Assembly (NCBI GenBank): GCA_963924565.1
Contig: OZ004613.1
Span: 23,002,001 to 23,066,000, forward strand
Reading direction: 5' to 3'
DNA length: 64,000 bases
DNA from: Ascidiella aspersa
Lineage: Eukaryota
Within the stretch, counting starts at the first letter, position 1. Every line of letters starts with the position of its first letter. Shown here piece by piece: positions 48,401 through 60,154 of this stretch. The position numbers and the translations under genes were made by a program. The notes under the pieces were generated by a model, which saw only the letters and a program-made list of their open reading frames with translations, searched no databases and had not been told where the DNA came from.

Positions 48401-51400
48401 ACCTTGTTCTCAGCGAACCCATTTCCGATAGAGCCGTTGTTCGTAAGTGAAATTAAATAGGCATATCACAAATACTGTCGAAAATTTACACCTCTGAAAA
48501 CTTGTACTTTTTGCGCCCCCTTTTAAGTGCATTGCGACAGCTACCAGTTGGCGGAATGCGTAATTTAAAGCTAATTGCTTCACGATGAAAAGTTGTCGAG
48601 TTGGACGCTTTCCAGCAGGTTAGCCTAAAGCCAAAAGTCATTGAGCTCTTTGATGAGTTTCTCACGTTTACAGCGTTTACAAATTGAGCCCGCCTGAGTC
48701 GAAATCAGGCCGGAGTATTTATACCGTACTTGGGATAATGGACTCTCCGCGGTGTTAGAACTGCTTATTAATTAAGGCAAAACAAGTGGGATTTTTGCCC
48801 TTCAAACGAAACACGTAGTGCCTTAGCGATGTTTGAAATTCGCCTAATAATTTATGGAACCTGACCGTCGGGTTTAGCCTTTTAAGGTGGGATTTATTTG
48901 TAATGCTGGCTGATCGATGGCTGCTGAAAAACAACCCGTACTTTCGTCAATAATACGCATCAAATAACGGCTGAACGGTCTTGCGCTTATTTAACCAAGC
49001 CTATAGAACTGTGTTGATGCATTAAATTTGCCTATCTGAGCAAAGTTGGTTAAAACCTACCCGACAACCTTTGCTTGTAAAAAATACTGAATATACGCTT
49101 ATAAAAACGACGTTTTTAATGTCGATAGAAAAAAGCACATTCCTTTTAGCAACAAAACCGAAGGTTACACTTTCCTTCGACACAATGTAGAATAAGGTTA
49201 AACAGCGCTATAAGTTAGAAACTAAATTTGCAAAGGGTACATATATGTTCACCACACAGGAACGTTTTTCCTTCTCAGTGTTTCTGAACCAATGGTTGCC
49301 ATTTGATTTGGTTGGATCGCCAACTGCAGTGTATGTAACATGGTTAGATTTATCATCATTTCTTCTCAACCAAATATCTTCAAACATTAAGAAAATTGCG
49401 AAAGCAATACGGAGAAATGGCTCATATCAAAATTCAATTTTATGAATGCTATTTTAAATTTTTATTTTTGACTTAAAGCTTACAAACAGCTTCGCTGTTT
49501 TACTGACTCTAAGTACTTGGGAAGCCGTTTAAAGCCTTTGGGAAACACTGTTGTTATATTATGCAGTTTCTTAAAATATCCAAATGTTGTTTCGCATGAA
49601 TATTATAATTGATTGCGTGGCGCAACGCATATAGGATATACACGTGACGCATGATTCCCAACCGCGAGCCACCATGCCTCGGTCGCTAGCTGTTTATTAC
49701 ATTAAGCAGAACTATTTTAGTATATAACGATACCTTGTACAACTATACATGTTGGTGTAACTTACGTTGATTTTTCGTCCAGCACCTGCGACTCCCTTCA
49801 GCGTTGAAGTGACAGAAGAGGGTGCAACTTACGCAACAGTGAGCACCATGGGCCCAGTCGATGGAATACACGATGGACTGTGAGTGGATACAGTGTTGTT
49901 CAATATAAAAGTCGGACTGCCAAGCAAAAAATTCTAACTTTTATCGTTAATTATCATTTTATCTGTTGACTTGTAGAACTTCATTTTTTGTTAATATTTC
50001 CTTTACTCCTAAGCTGAAAATCAGGTGGCACTGATTAACTGCAAATTGTATTACGATTTGGTGTGTCCGATGCTAATATTGTATTCCGATTGCGATACCC
50101 GACAGTTTGGACTGAAAGTATCGTGAATAACTTTAATCGTTAATTGCCATTCAATCAGTTATCTGATAGAACTTCATTTTCTGTTAATATTTTTCTCACT
50201 CATAATCTGAAAGGAGGTAGCACTGCTTAACTGCAAATTGCATTACGATTTTGTATATCCGATACTAATATTTTATTTCCGATACCCGACATTTTGAATT
50301 GAAGGTATCGCGATCTGAAACCTTATAACGTCATTACTACGCACAACCAAGCAATACAGACATATTTGAAACCTCCAAAGAATTCCTTTCCATGATATTA
50401 GGCCAAAATAAGCTTTAGCGTGATGAAGTGTAGTTCCAATCAAGTTGTTAGCTTACCATTTTCTAAAAATAATCCTTTCATGGTAGAAAATGTTGTGTTG
50501 GAACGCAAATCATAGCTGAAATTGTTAAACCATTTTGGTGTCGGATCGTATTTTGATCCGAAACCGAATAACGTCATAACTATGCACAAACAAGCAATAC
50601 AGACATATTTAAAACCTTTAAAGAATTTCTTTCCAGGATATTATAGGCCAAAATGAACTTTTAAGGTTAGTTCCAATCAAGTTGTTATAGTTTATCATCT
50701 TCTAAATGAAATTGCTATACCATTTTTGGGTCGGGCGTCACCGATAGCACTCTAGTATTGGACGACACCTATATTACCACGTGACATCGAGTATCGGCTC
50801 CAAAATGATATTATCGGATATCCTTAATTACGATGTTGATAAGTTTTCGCGCACCTTGCTTTATCCTACTTACACCACGAAAAAGCTTATCAATATCGCA
50901 ATACAATTTGCCGTTGGTCAGTGCCACCTGATTTCCAGATTGATCAAACTTATATCACTTGTGTGACTTGTTCCGACCTGTCAACATAACACTAATACAA
51001 ACATTTTCGAGCGAAAGAAATCGATTGCAGCCTTTAAGAGAACATTTTCTAAAATCAAAACGTCGCGATAAAAACACTTTCGTGATAAAGGCACATACGT
51101 CATGATAAAAACACATTAGCGACTAATTTTCGGATTTTGCACCGGCGTGACAACGTTCTTTTGCTTTCCATTAAAATTGACTGCAATTTCATCGAAAATG
51201 ACCGGGATTACAGAGCACGATAACAACTTACAGCCATACCTCGTCGCGTTTTTGGTTTGGTGCAGCCATATGTACATATTATGTAAAGCATAGCCGTGAA
51301 ACCCTGTTCCGTGCAGATGCCATCTCGAACTCGGCAAAAGTGCGCCAGTTTTCGCTTTTATCACCTTGCATCTAGAGCACCTCGGGCAAATGACCTTATT

Positions 51401-54400
51401 GCTGGTCTGTTTGCATCTCTTCTCCAAAGTTCCGCCTTATTTATCCGTATGCAGAAATTGTAAAGCCCGATACAGATTCTTTGTGGGTTGCTAGTGCAGT
51501 CTGACAACTCCTCGCGGCCTTTATTGAACTTGTTGTTTGCTGAAACGAACAGCTAACCGGATAGACGGCCTATACCGAGAAAGGTCGAAGCAATACCGTA
51601 GGGCAGACGAAGATTTCGTTACGTGGCCGCGTTAATGACGTTTAGGCACGACTTAAGCGCGTGACAGCAAAGCACTAGCAAGAATACTGCTGATGCATAT
51701 AACCACTTCGACGATTGCGCGTTAATTTAGAGCACAGTTATTTTCCGTTTAGTGTCGTTCGATTAAGTAAATCGCAGTTTTACTTGCAGTTCATGCTTTT
51801 TTCCGAAAATTTGAAATTAACACGTTGTGATTACCGGGCCCGCCTTTATAACTATACTTAGGTTTATTTTTTATTTTCTCGCTCTTCCTGCAAATTTAAT
51901 TAACATAAATTCGCTTGCGCGATGAAAACTCTCCAGTTGTAATCAAATTAATCGTCCTCTTTGAGAGCGCCTTTCAAAACCATTGGTCTTATTACCGAAC
52001 CCATTTGAGTCACTGACTTATCTCAACCTACCAGTGCGGGTTTATCAAACATTGTTTTACTATATATGTAGTGTTGGCAACAATTAAGATGTTGCCATAA
52101 TGTATATAAAACTGAATTGTCGTACGCTACCGGCATAAAGCAGGCACAAACCTGAAAGGCTTTCTGCTAAAATTTTCGATTTTTTTTGTCCAAATTATCC
52201 AGCTTTAAGTTCCCGAAAAGATAATTTGATTAAAGCAACAACAATCCTCTTTTGAAATATCGAAAAATTAAGACAGCATTCTATATTATAAACTCATGCA
52301 AAAACGCTCAACTCATTGGTCCCAACGTATAGGTTTCTCGATTTTCTATCTTTGTTTCAATTGAATCCATCTCTCCGACCTCACAGGGAACTGGTACTTG
52401 AGCCGGACCACGGTGTCATCGGCCCGCCCAGCCTTGACCCGATCTACAACCGCTTCAACGTGTACACCATCACAGGCTTGCGTCCAGGCACCACCTATAA
52501 GCTTAACGTCTACTCCGTGTCCAAGGGCGTGAGAAGTTGGGAGCCCTTCACCGTCGAAATCAATACGAGTAAGTTTGCGTTTCGTTTTGTGGTGAGATTG
52601 TTCATATTCGGACGCTTATGATGTTTGCACTTGGTAGATTCAGTGTGCGTGCCTCAGAGAGTAATTCCTGGAAAACAATTCACTGTATTAAACACTTTAT
52701 TGTAAATTGACTTTCGCCACAGCCAACTTAATTTTAAAACAACCCATATATATATTAAAGGTAATAACCTCGTTTGATTCCGAGCATTTACAAATTGCAA
52801 ATTCCACAATTTAGCCAAAAGTTTATTAAATTTAAATACTTATAGCAACAAGCCTTTTACCTAAATTACTTTAGTCAAACTCAGGCAATTGCAAATAGAA
52901 TTAGGAAAAATTAAGAAGTGTTTCACAAAAAAACAGTTAGATTTTTCAGTGGTATAAGGGCATTTGGTCAAGCCATTTATTGAACTCATTCTAACCCTTA
53001 TAATTTACGTCGTTTTTGTTTTTCACGTTTTTTTTTATAAATTTGATAAGTTTCCCAAATAAACTCGAAGATCCTTGAAAATTCTTGGTTGCATCATTAT
53101 ATAACATCGTTGCTGAGCTTGCGTCGATGTCAGCAGTTTCTAAAAACTTTTGAAAGAAACCAAACAAACACCTCTTTAACCTTATTGCTTGTGTGACAAA
53201 CTCCCTTCGTTAATCGTATGCTGTTTATTTTCTCAAGAGCGTTGGCTTGTTTAAGTAAAAGGCGTCTGAGTTGCTTTCCCAGCAGACAGGTTCAAACAAA
53301 GGCGACAACGATAACCTTTCCAAGCCGAACCCCGACAGGTTCGACCTGAAAGTGGAGACGAAATGTCGCCCTTTTGTGGTAATCCAGTTAAAACTGTCTT
53401 TTCGCGCTTTTGGCGTGTAATTGCTTGTCGCAAATCCCCCCTTCGCGATTATTGCTGTCGGCAGGTCAGTTTGGGCAGTTTTAAAAAAATGCCCACTGGC
53501 TCTAAGTTGTGGTTAAGATTTTTGAACGTCTTGGCCACCTCTAAAGAATAGTTTCGTTTTGTACAACCGTTGATGTGTATGTGCCGTGAATTTGCTTCAG
53601 AAGATGGACTATCGAAAAAAAAATGGGCCGACGTCTCTTGCAGTGGTCGTGTAAACCGGCTTGGTGTTATATATATGAGAATGTTTGTTTGGAACAGCAA
53701 GCGATTAACCCCAATTAAATTGTTCCTAAAAAGAAGTGCTCCTAAAAGACCGAACAAGTTTATGAATACGGCTGATATTTTTACTTGTTCAACTATAGGG
53801 TTGCTACCCTTCAAACTATTGCTGAAAATAGCGATAATTGGCCACTGATTTTTTTTACTTTAACTTTAAAGTCGTTGAAGAGTGTTAAAACGCGGTTATG
53901 CCTGTCCAATATACCCGTTAATCGTTTTTAATATGTCCTTAAATTTAGCTGTGCTGTCCCTTCTTTTAATTTGATTCTGGTAGATTAAAAAATAGAAATT
54001 TTTGCTGAAATTTATTTCAATTTTAAAGAACCAACTGCGCCAATGCTTCTCTCCGTGACGTCATTCGACAGCACGTCCGTCACGCTTCAGTGGGATCAGC
54101 CTCAAAGTGATGTTGGTGAAGGCGAGGTGGTGGATTACCTTCTTCGTTATATGGATATCGAGGTATTCAATCTGAACAAGTCTTATTTTTTCACTTTTTT
54201 AACAGGCATACAAATTAGCGTAACCTGACATAGTTTCTCTATAAAAACTAAAAGCCAATGTGCCTCGCCATCTTATTTAGTTTGGAGCTTACTAACAATC
54301 ACAAATTTAACCTTTATTATAGACTATAATTTTTCGTGTTACAAAAAATATACGCACCTGTATAAGTAAAACTAAACCCGGCATTAAAATGTATATTATC

Positions 54401-57400
54401 TTCCGAAGCAGAAAACGAACATTATATAGTTCTGTTTATCGTTATCAAAAGTAATGGTTCTGAACACTTTAATTAAAAAATAAAAAGAAGTCGCACATTG
54501 AAAAGTCCCGGGAACCCGAATTTAAATAACCCCTCGGTTTTAAAGAAATCCGTACTTAAAAAAACAAACTGAATCCATCTTCCGCCGTAAATAACTATGA
54601 GCGATGTTTTCGTTAAGGGCACCGTTGCTGGCGGCAGCGAGACCATCAGAGTGCAGCCGGGCGCGACAAACGTCCATGCCAGGATCCAGAAGCTGGTACC
54701 TGGCGTCACTTACAAGTTCATGGTGTACACGAAGACCGATGGAAGCGACCCCACACTACAGGGCGACGTTGTTCAAACCACGCGTACGTACTCCGTTCAT
54801 TGTTTTAACAAATTTATTGGTTTTGGGTATACTGCAATGTTGTAAACAAGTAATTTTAAAATTACTGAAGTCCTAGTCAATTTGTAAAATAACTTAAGTC
54901 CAAGTCAAGTCTTTTTCTAGAATAACAAGTCCCATTCCAAGTCATTAGATGCCCAAGTCAATTTCCAGTAAAGTCATTTTAAGAGCACGTCAAATTCAAG
55001 TCGTGTTATTTACTTATAATAAATTAAGCGTTTAACTATTAAAAATGGTAAACCCGTTTGATTATAGGCAATAACTCACCGAAAATGCAGGATACAGCGA
55101 TTTACAATATAGCAAATTGTTTTACGTGCAAAAATGGAGATAAAAACCCAATTCTATTAGAAAAAAAATTAATGAAAACACTTTATTTAAACCCAAGTTA
55201 ATTGACACAATGTCCAAGTCAAGTCATTTCGGTCAAAAGACTTAAGTCAAGTCAAGTGATGTCACAGTGACTGATGTGTACTAATGTCAAGTCATTACGT
55301 CATTACAACACTGGTATACTGTGCACCGATCTGTAATGTAGCTTAATAATGAACTTTATAATGAAAGCCAAAATGTTCGAGTAAGTCGACATCATCTTGA
55401 TAAATACGCTTCGAAACGTATTTGTATAATCGTCAGTTAATGTAACTATATATTGTAAGGTTTGGACAAATTTCAGTCACATTAATTGACGACGATTCAA
55501 GTATACGTATCGAAACGTCTTTATTAAGATAACGCTTGTTTATTCGATCTTTCAAGCTTTGAGATTCATTAATTATCAAGCTATAATTGGTTTTGCCCGT
55601 AAAGTGTAAAAATCCAAGAGATAAATCTAAAGAAAGGGAAGATATAAAACGCAATCTAAAATTTTAATATCGTATCGCGTCTTTTTGCATCTGTTTCAAA
55701 TTAACAAAAAATACTTAAGACATCAAGTTCGTCCACAATGCACTTAACCTACATTACATGTTCGATTTAAAGCAATGTATTTAATTAACCAATGGAAAAA
55801 TTAATCCTATATCAAGAAAAAGGATCGTGATTACTTGATATCGCTTTTCTGCGAATCGAAACGTAAAGGTCACTTTTTAGAGTTTTTTTTAACTGTTTGT
55901 TATCAACTTAGAGTGATTAATATTTGATCAACATTAGCGAACATCACTAAACCAACTATTGTTGTTTTGAACGCATTTAAAACCTTTTCTTCTAACAACA
56001 GTGGTTACGGGGATGTTGCTTATTAAAATATTTTTTCGTTGTTATATAAACAAATATATTGCATGTTAAATGCTAAAATTCAAGTTGTCTTTGAGACAAG
56101 CACTCGATATAACACGTAATAGGGCAACAAACGAATAGTTCGTTTAGCAAGAAAACCACTTTAACTGCATCATATAGCGTACAATAATCTAATTCTGTGT
56201 TTTTTTTAACCGGGGTGCCACGGCGCCGCAGTGTGCCATCTCTATTGTTCGCCGATAGGTATTTGAGAATTTTTAAGAATCTTATATTTGCTCAATTAGT
56301 AAGCTTCTTGATACAACTATTTGTGTACGATTGGAGACCATTAAATTAAATGCAAATTTTGTATATTTTTTAAGTTGATCATGTTGTTCCAATTCCATTT
56401 ATAGCGACATTTCAGTTCAATACTCAACAAAAATTCCAGTCGGGGTGCCGAAAGTCCATTTATTATTTTTGAGGGTTGCTTTAAGCCATAAAATATTGAG
56501 AATCACTGATCTAATTATTATTTTTTTATTTAAATAGTGCCACCCCTTCCGGTGGTGGCCACCATGGACCCAACAAACGGCGGCGTCATTCTGGTGTTTT
56601 CCCGGCCACCCATTGGCCGATGTCCAGTCACCAAAGTCCACGTGAGTCCTGGCAAAACGGACACGACACCAACTTTCTATGAGCTCGGAGAGGTTCGTAT
56701 AGTATAAGTTATGACTCTGTATGTATCAATATAGTCTTATATAGAAGGGTAAATAGTTCTGAACTCGGTCAAACTAAAAGTGGTAAGACAAATTCATAGA
56801 ATGCTTAACACATTTGTTTAGTTAGTGGTTTGATAACATTGAAATAAACTTAAGTTAAGCCTTAGCAATTTGCATATATAATTTGGCGTAAATATGATAT
56901 GCAATCACAACAGATAGATGTAAATAAGTCACCACATTTTTGAGTGCAATTAAGTCAATGTACTATAGCTTAAGACAATAAAACACTAGAAATCACGCGT
57001 ATTTTTCGCCTTTGAAGGAGATCTACCTGTCCAACTTACCGAGGGAGGAGCGCTATACGATCCACGCGCGCTGTGTGAGCAACAATTTGGAGGGTCCTGA
57101 ACTCACAGTATCGTCACGAGCCATCGTCGATCCCGAGACCGGGCGCATTCGGAACCCGGCCAACTTGCCGAGGAGAGCGCTGCCCTGTATCGTAGCACGT
57201 GAGTTTTTCTCTCTGTTAAAGTTATATAGTTGTGGTTGGTTTAAGATAGTGGCCCACAAAGAAAATCGCGACAATCTTAATTATTACTTATGTTGCGCAT
57301 ACGGCAACTTTATTTTCGGTTTTCGACAGTACAATTTTGCCTTATACTTATAGTCTAGTTGCTCTTAGAGATTCAGTATTTATTTTATAAAAAGTTTCTT

Positions 57401-59390
57401 TGCCCGTAACATACACAATTTGCCATTACAGTTTTTATATATTGTAAAATATATATTTTATTAGGTTTTACGATGGAGAAAAATTGCAGATTATTAACTG
57501 AACTGAGCAACTACCCTAATGAAAATGAATATTAGTAACATTATAAAATTAAACGTTATAACATATCAATGCAATTTGCTAACAGGTTGGAAATTACCCT
57601 GATTGGCAAGGCTATATAAATTCGCAATACGATTATAAGCTATCTGATGGATGTGATTTCGAAATGAAAAACACTTGGGCACATTAGCCCGAATTCCGCA
57701 GCAACGTTTACAGTATATTATAAAAAAATACCATTTATCGCATTGCAGGAAACCTACCGCGGGTTTTACCGAGGCCCGAAGCGGTGGCGCCAGATTCATG
57801 CTGTGGGGCTCGACCCTACCACTCATCCACTCAGAGCTGCTGCGGAGAAACCCTTCTTCGACAAGGTGCGTACCAATGTTCTAATCACATAAGGCAATGA
57901 CTTGACTTCACTTAAGTGCGCTTAAGTCATTGATTTCATGTGACATAACTTAGGTCAAAATTGCTTGGCTTGACTTGACTCAAGTCTTTTAGATAAATAA
58001 CTTGGGTGAAATGAAGTGTTTTCATTAAGAATTTTGGTTTTAAAATTTGGACATTCATTCTAATTGTTGCACATAAAACAATGTGCTTGCTGTATATTGC
58101 GTTTTCGGTCTTTTTTAGTTGAGGTATAGCTCATATAATCGGACAAGAAAGTGTAATTTTACAACAAGGACTTCACTTAGAATTGACGCGCTTAATTGTG
58201 ACTTAACTGGGACTTGACTTGCTATTTATTCTTAAGACTCGACACTGGACTTAAGTTATTTTAAAAGTTTTATTTTACAAGTGATTTGACTGAGACTAAA
58301 GTCATTTCAAAATGCTGTATAATCTCAAAGGAGAATAAAAGGCTTTGTAATAGGGTATCCAAACGGAATTAAAAATTGACAGCAGGTGTCTGCGTGTCGA
58401 TCACTTATTTGTTTACGCGTATATAAATTAATAAAACTCAGCGTTCGAAATACATAACTTCCTCAACCGAGATGACTTGTCCTGCATGACTCCTAATAAG
58501 CTGTATACCACCTGCTTGCTAAATAATTCGTAACTGATGTTGTTTCAGTAAACTTGTTTATTTAGATTGAGTGCATTTTCGTTAATTTGCAACTTGACGA
58601 CTGTCAGCTGTAGATGTTTTTTTTTATTGACAAAACTATCATTCGATATTTGGCAAACAAAAATCCCTACAAGCTTATAGGACATGCAAAAACTGCATAT
58701 GTTCAACTTTAAGCGTACGAACACAATGGTTACATGTGACACAGACAAAATTCTAACAACTACCACCCATCTACAGCAGCGTTTCTCAAACTTTCCTAAA
58801 AGTTTTGCCTGGTGGACCCTTTGCAATTATTTTGATATTTCGCGGCCCTATTAAAATTCAAGGGTCAGTTGACCCATTGTAGTACACTAGTGCAGTTACG
58901 TTACTTTCTAATGTAACAACTTTCTTACTAATGCGAACGATTCGCTGATAGCAGGTAGTACATCATAATAGGTGCTTTATGATCACAAGAGACATCATAA
59001 AACACTTTGTTCTATCGAATAATAAAGCATAACTAAAGACTAATATTGATGACAGATAATGTTTAAAACATAGTCTAATGTCAAAAAAACATTCGCTAAA
59101 GCCTAATGGTAACAACTTAAAGACCTATTCTCATTGCGGACCCTCTGAAACTGTTGTACGGACCCCAGTTTGGGAACCGCTGATCTACAGTCTAAAGTCT
59201 AGACCAACATCTCATTTAATCTTTTACTACCCTACCCCAGTTTTTAGTAAACAATATTCATAACTATTTTCTTGTTATTCAAGAGCTCAACCAGATGTGT
59301 TGCAAGTCAACCCCGTACACTAAGACGATTTCCGTGTGCTGCTTTGACGGCATCGTGCGGCCACAAAACGTGGGATGCGATGGTGTCTAG
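39398..59390 (+). CDS. Secreted protein of 607 aa: signal peptide, 5 fibronectin type III domains, C-terminal di-cysteine (galaxin/usherin-like) repeats; 14 exons
   Basis: All 14 exons join in frame via GT-AG (1824 nt). FN3 motifs V.W..P and (D/G/K)L.PG..Y.(V/F/L) recur. No transmembrane segment before the TAG. AATAAA at 59539. Confidence 0.88.
40132..40250 (+). CDS. FN3 protein exon 2 (IAQRLPTP...VRVNWMQPP...LLK)
   Basis: cag| acceptor and |gtcagt donor; FN3 A-C strands. Confidence 0.85.
41430..41586 (+). CDS. FN3 protein exon 3 (...TFTDLQPGIAYTVTL...)
   Basis: cag| acceptor and |gtaagt donor; tyrosine-corner motif. Confidence 0.88.
41921..42083. mobile_element. Fold-back element family A, copy A2 (reverse orientation), nested in a hAT MITE
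   Basis: Same sequence as A1; exact 12-bp TSD tagaattattta (41909-41920, 42084-42095). Confidence 0.8.
41974..42009 (+). ncRNA. Minimal type-I hammerhead ribozyme-like motif, U3-A8 variant
   Basis: TTGAAAA-T-GAATAA(AGAG)TTATTC-GAAAC-GTC; helix I is only about 2 bp. Confidence 0.5.
43277..43426. mobile_element. Fold-back element family A, copy A3
   Basis: Tail, arm and short inverted arm homologous to A1; TSD degenerate. Confidence 0.72.
43351..43386 (-). ncRNA. Minimal type-I hammerhead ribozyme-like motif, U3-A8 variant
   Basis: Minus strand reads TTGAAAA-T-GAATAA(AGAG)TTATTC-GAAAC-GTT. Confidence 0.45.
44381..44521 (+). CDS. FN3 protein exon 4 (PKKPSNL...VHVDWEKPQGPT)
   Basis: cag| acceptor and |gtgcgt donor. 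Confidence 0.85.
45171..45454. mobile_element. MITE
   Basis: TIR caggggtagccaac / gttggctacacctg; gtcgatc subterminal motifs. Confidence 0.65.
46780..46907 (+). repeat. Minisatellite, about 4.5 copies of gacaatgttccatgtatc(a)nc
   Basis: Adjacent ~28-bp units with a variable-length A tract. Confidence 0.9.
47601..47720 (+). CDS. FN3 protein exon 5 (LSGYKVSM...TFVGLTP)
   Basis: tag| acceptor and |gtcagt donor. Confidence 0.85.
48353..48442 (+). CDS. FN3 protein exon 6 (QDYTFTVQT...SEPIS)
   Basis: cag| acceptor and |gtaagt donor. Confidence 0.85.
49783..49879 (+). CDS. FN3 protein exon 7 (PATPFSVEVTEEGATYATVS...DG)
   Basis: cag| acceptor and |gtgagt donor. Confidence 0.82.
49935..50725 (+). 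repeat. Two consecutive local tandem duplications (about 190-bp and 240-bp periods)
   Basis: aacttt.atcgttaatt...gatacccgaca occurs twice; ataacgtcat.acta.gcacaa.caagcaatacagacatattt...agttccaatcaagttgtta occurs twice. Confidence 0.75.
52387..52568 (+). CDS. FN3 protein exon 8 (...ITGLRPGTTYKLNVYSVS...)
   Basis: cag| acceptor and |gtaagt donor; FN3 motif. Confidence 0.9.
54029..54162 (+). CDS. FN3 protein exon 9 (PTAP...STSVTLQWDQP...YLLRY)
   Basis: aag| acceptor and |gtattc donor; FN3 motif. Confidence 0.88.
54618..54783 (+). CDS. FN3 protein exon 10 (...IQKLVPGVTYKFMVYT...)
   Basis: aag| acceptor and |gtacgt donor; FN3 motif. Confidence 0.88.
54835..55313. mobile_element. hAT-type MITE rich in AAGTC repeats
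   Basis: TIR caatgttgtaa / ttacaacactg; exact 8-bp TSD gtatactg. Relatives at 6894-7043 and (reverse) about 57875-58320. Confidence 0.85.
55481..55524 (+). ncRNA. Degenerate minimal type-I hammerhead ribozyme motif (family B)
   Basis: ATTAA-TTGACGA-C-GAT...ATC-GAAAC-GTC-TTTAT; the opposite arm keeps CTGACGA (minus strand, 55436-55430). Confidence 0.5.
56538..56692 (+). CDS. FN3 protein exon 11 (PPLP...VILVFSRPP...ELGE)
   Basis: tag| acceptor and |gttcgt donor; open and phase-compatible. Confidence 0.78.
57018..57198 (+). CDS. FN3 protein exon 12 (EIYLSNLPREERYTIHARC...PCIVA)
   Basis: aag| acceptor and |gtgagt donor. Confidence 0.82.
57749..57865 (+). CDS. FN3 protein exon 13 (..DSCCGARPYHSSTQSCCGETLLRQ)
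   Basis: cag| acceptor and |gtgcgt donor; di-Cys repeat. Confidence 0.82.
57875..58320 (-). mobile_element. Degenerate AAGTC-family MITE in reverse orientation
   Basis: Many gacttgactt motifs; reverse-complement similarity to 54835-55313. Confidence 0.6.
58777..59182. mobile_element. hAT-type MITE
   Basis: TIR cagcgtttctcaaact / agtttgggaaccgctg; exact 8-bp TSD atctacag. Confidence 0.88.
59284..59390 (+). CDS. FN3 protein exon 14 (LNQMCCKSTPYTKTISVCCFDGIVRPQNVGCDGV*)
   Basis: aag| acceptor, di-Cys repeat, TAG stop. Confidence 0.82.
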
Positions 59391-59538
59391 GTGGCGCTAT
59401 TTATTGCAGAAAGAGATTTTAGTAATTTGCTGCATGTCGTAAATTGTTCGTTTCATGTTGCTTTCCATTTGATTTAACCTGTTCCACGACGCGTCCTCCA
59501 TTGTGTATAACCTTTGTCCAGAGTGAATATTTAAAACC

Positions 59539-59544
59539 AATAAA
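59539..59544 (+). terminator. Candidate polyadenylation signal of the FN3 gene
   Basis: AATAAA about 150 nt after the stop codon. Confidence 0.5.
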
Positions 59545-60154
59545 GTCATTTGTTGCTTCACTTTGCACGTGGTTATACTTGAATAATCAGTACACATAAA
59601 CAACAGGTTATAGATCAGGGGGGTCCGCAAACGTCTTTCATAAAAGGTCAGATAAAGCACTGAACAACGCAGGCCAGATACAGAATTTTGTGTCGTACTT
59701 TATGAACTTAAATGTAGTTAAACGACGAAAATATAAGGAACTATATATGCAATGAAGCCTGTAGTTAGCCTTAATAATTGTTCGGTTTAAAATTTTGTCA
59801 AATTTAGTTTTAAATGGCATTCGACATCATTTTAACTGTACTTTATCTTCATTAGGGAAACATGCCGCGGTCAGAATTAATTCACCCGGCTTGGTGACCC
59901 CTGGGTTAGCTTAACATGAAGTTGAGGCTATAGTTCTGAGTATCAGTCAGCAAATATAAAACGTATTGCCTGTAAAAACACTGTCTGATCATGAGTTGGA
60001 AAAACACAGTTTTTGGTACTTCGTTTTGCACCAACTAAAATTTTCGCAATTTCTCATTGAACTCTTTGTTAATGTGGTTTAACCATTTTGCAAAATGTGT
60101 AACATTATATTATTAGCAAACTCTTAACTTGTTTTCGATTTCTACTTAAAGCTA

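Larger units (their letters stand above)
54825..55583. mobile_element. Fold-back element family B, copy B2; tail interrupted by a hAT MITE
   Basis: Removing 54835-55321 restores gggtatactgtgcaccgatctgtaatgtagc, matching the B1 tail. Degenerate inverted arms; both flanks end in attggtttt. Confidence 0.7.

Noticed and set aside
39398-59390. Calling the FN3 gene a receptor tyrosine phosphatase, tenascin or fibronectin
   Set aside because: No TM, PTP, EGF, fibrinogen or FN1/FN2 domains; in-frame stop and AATAAA follow the Cys-rich tail.
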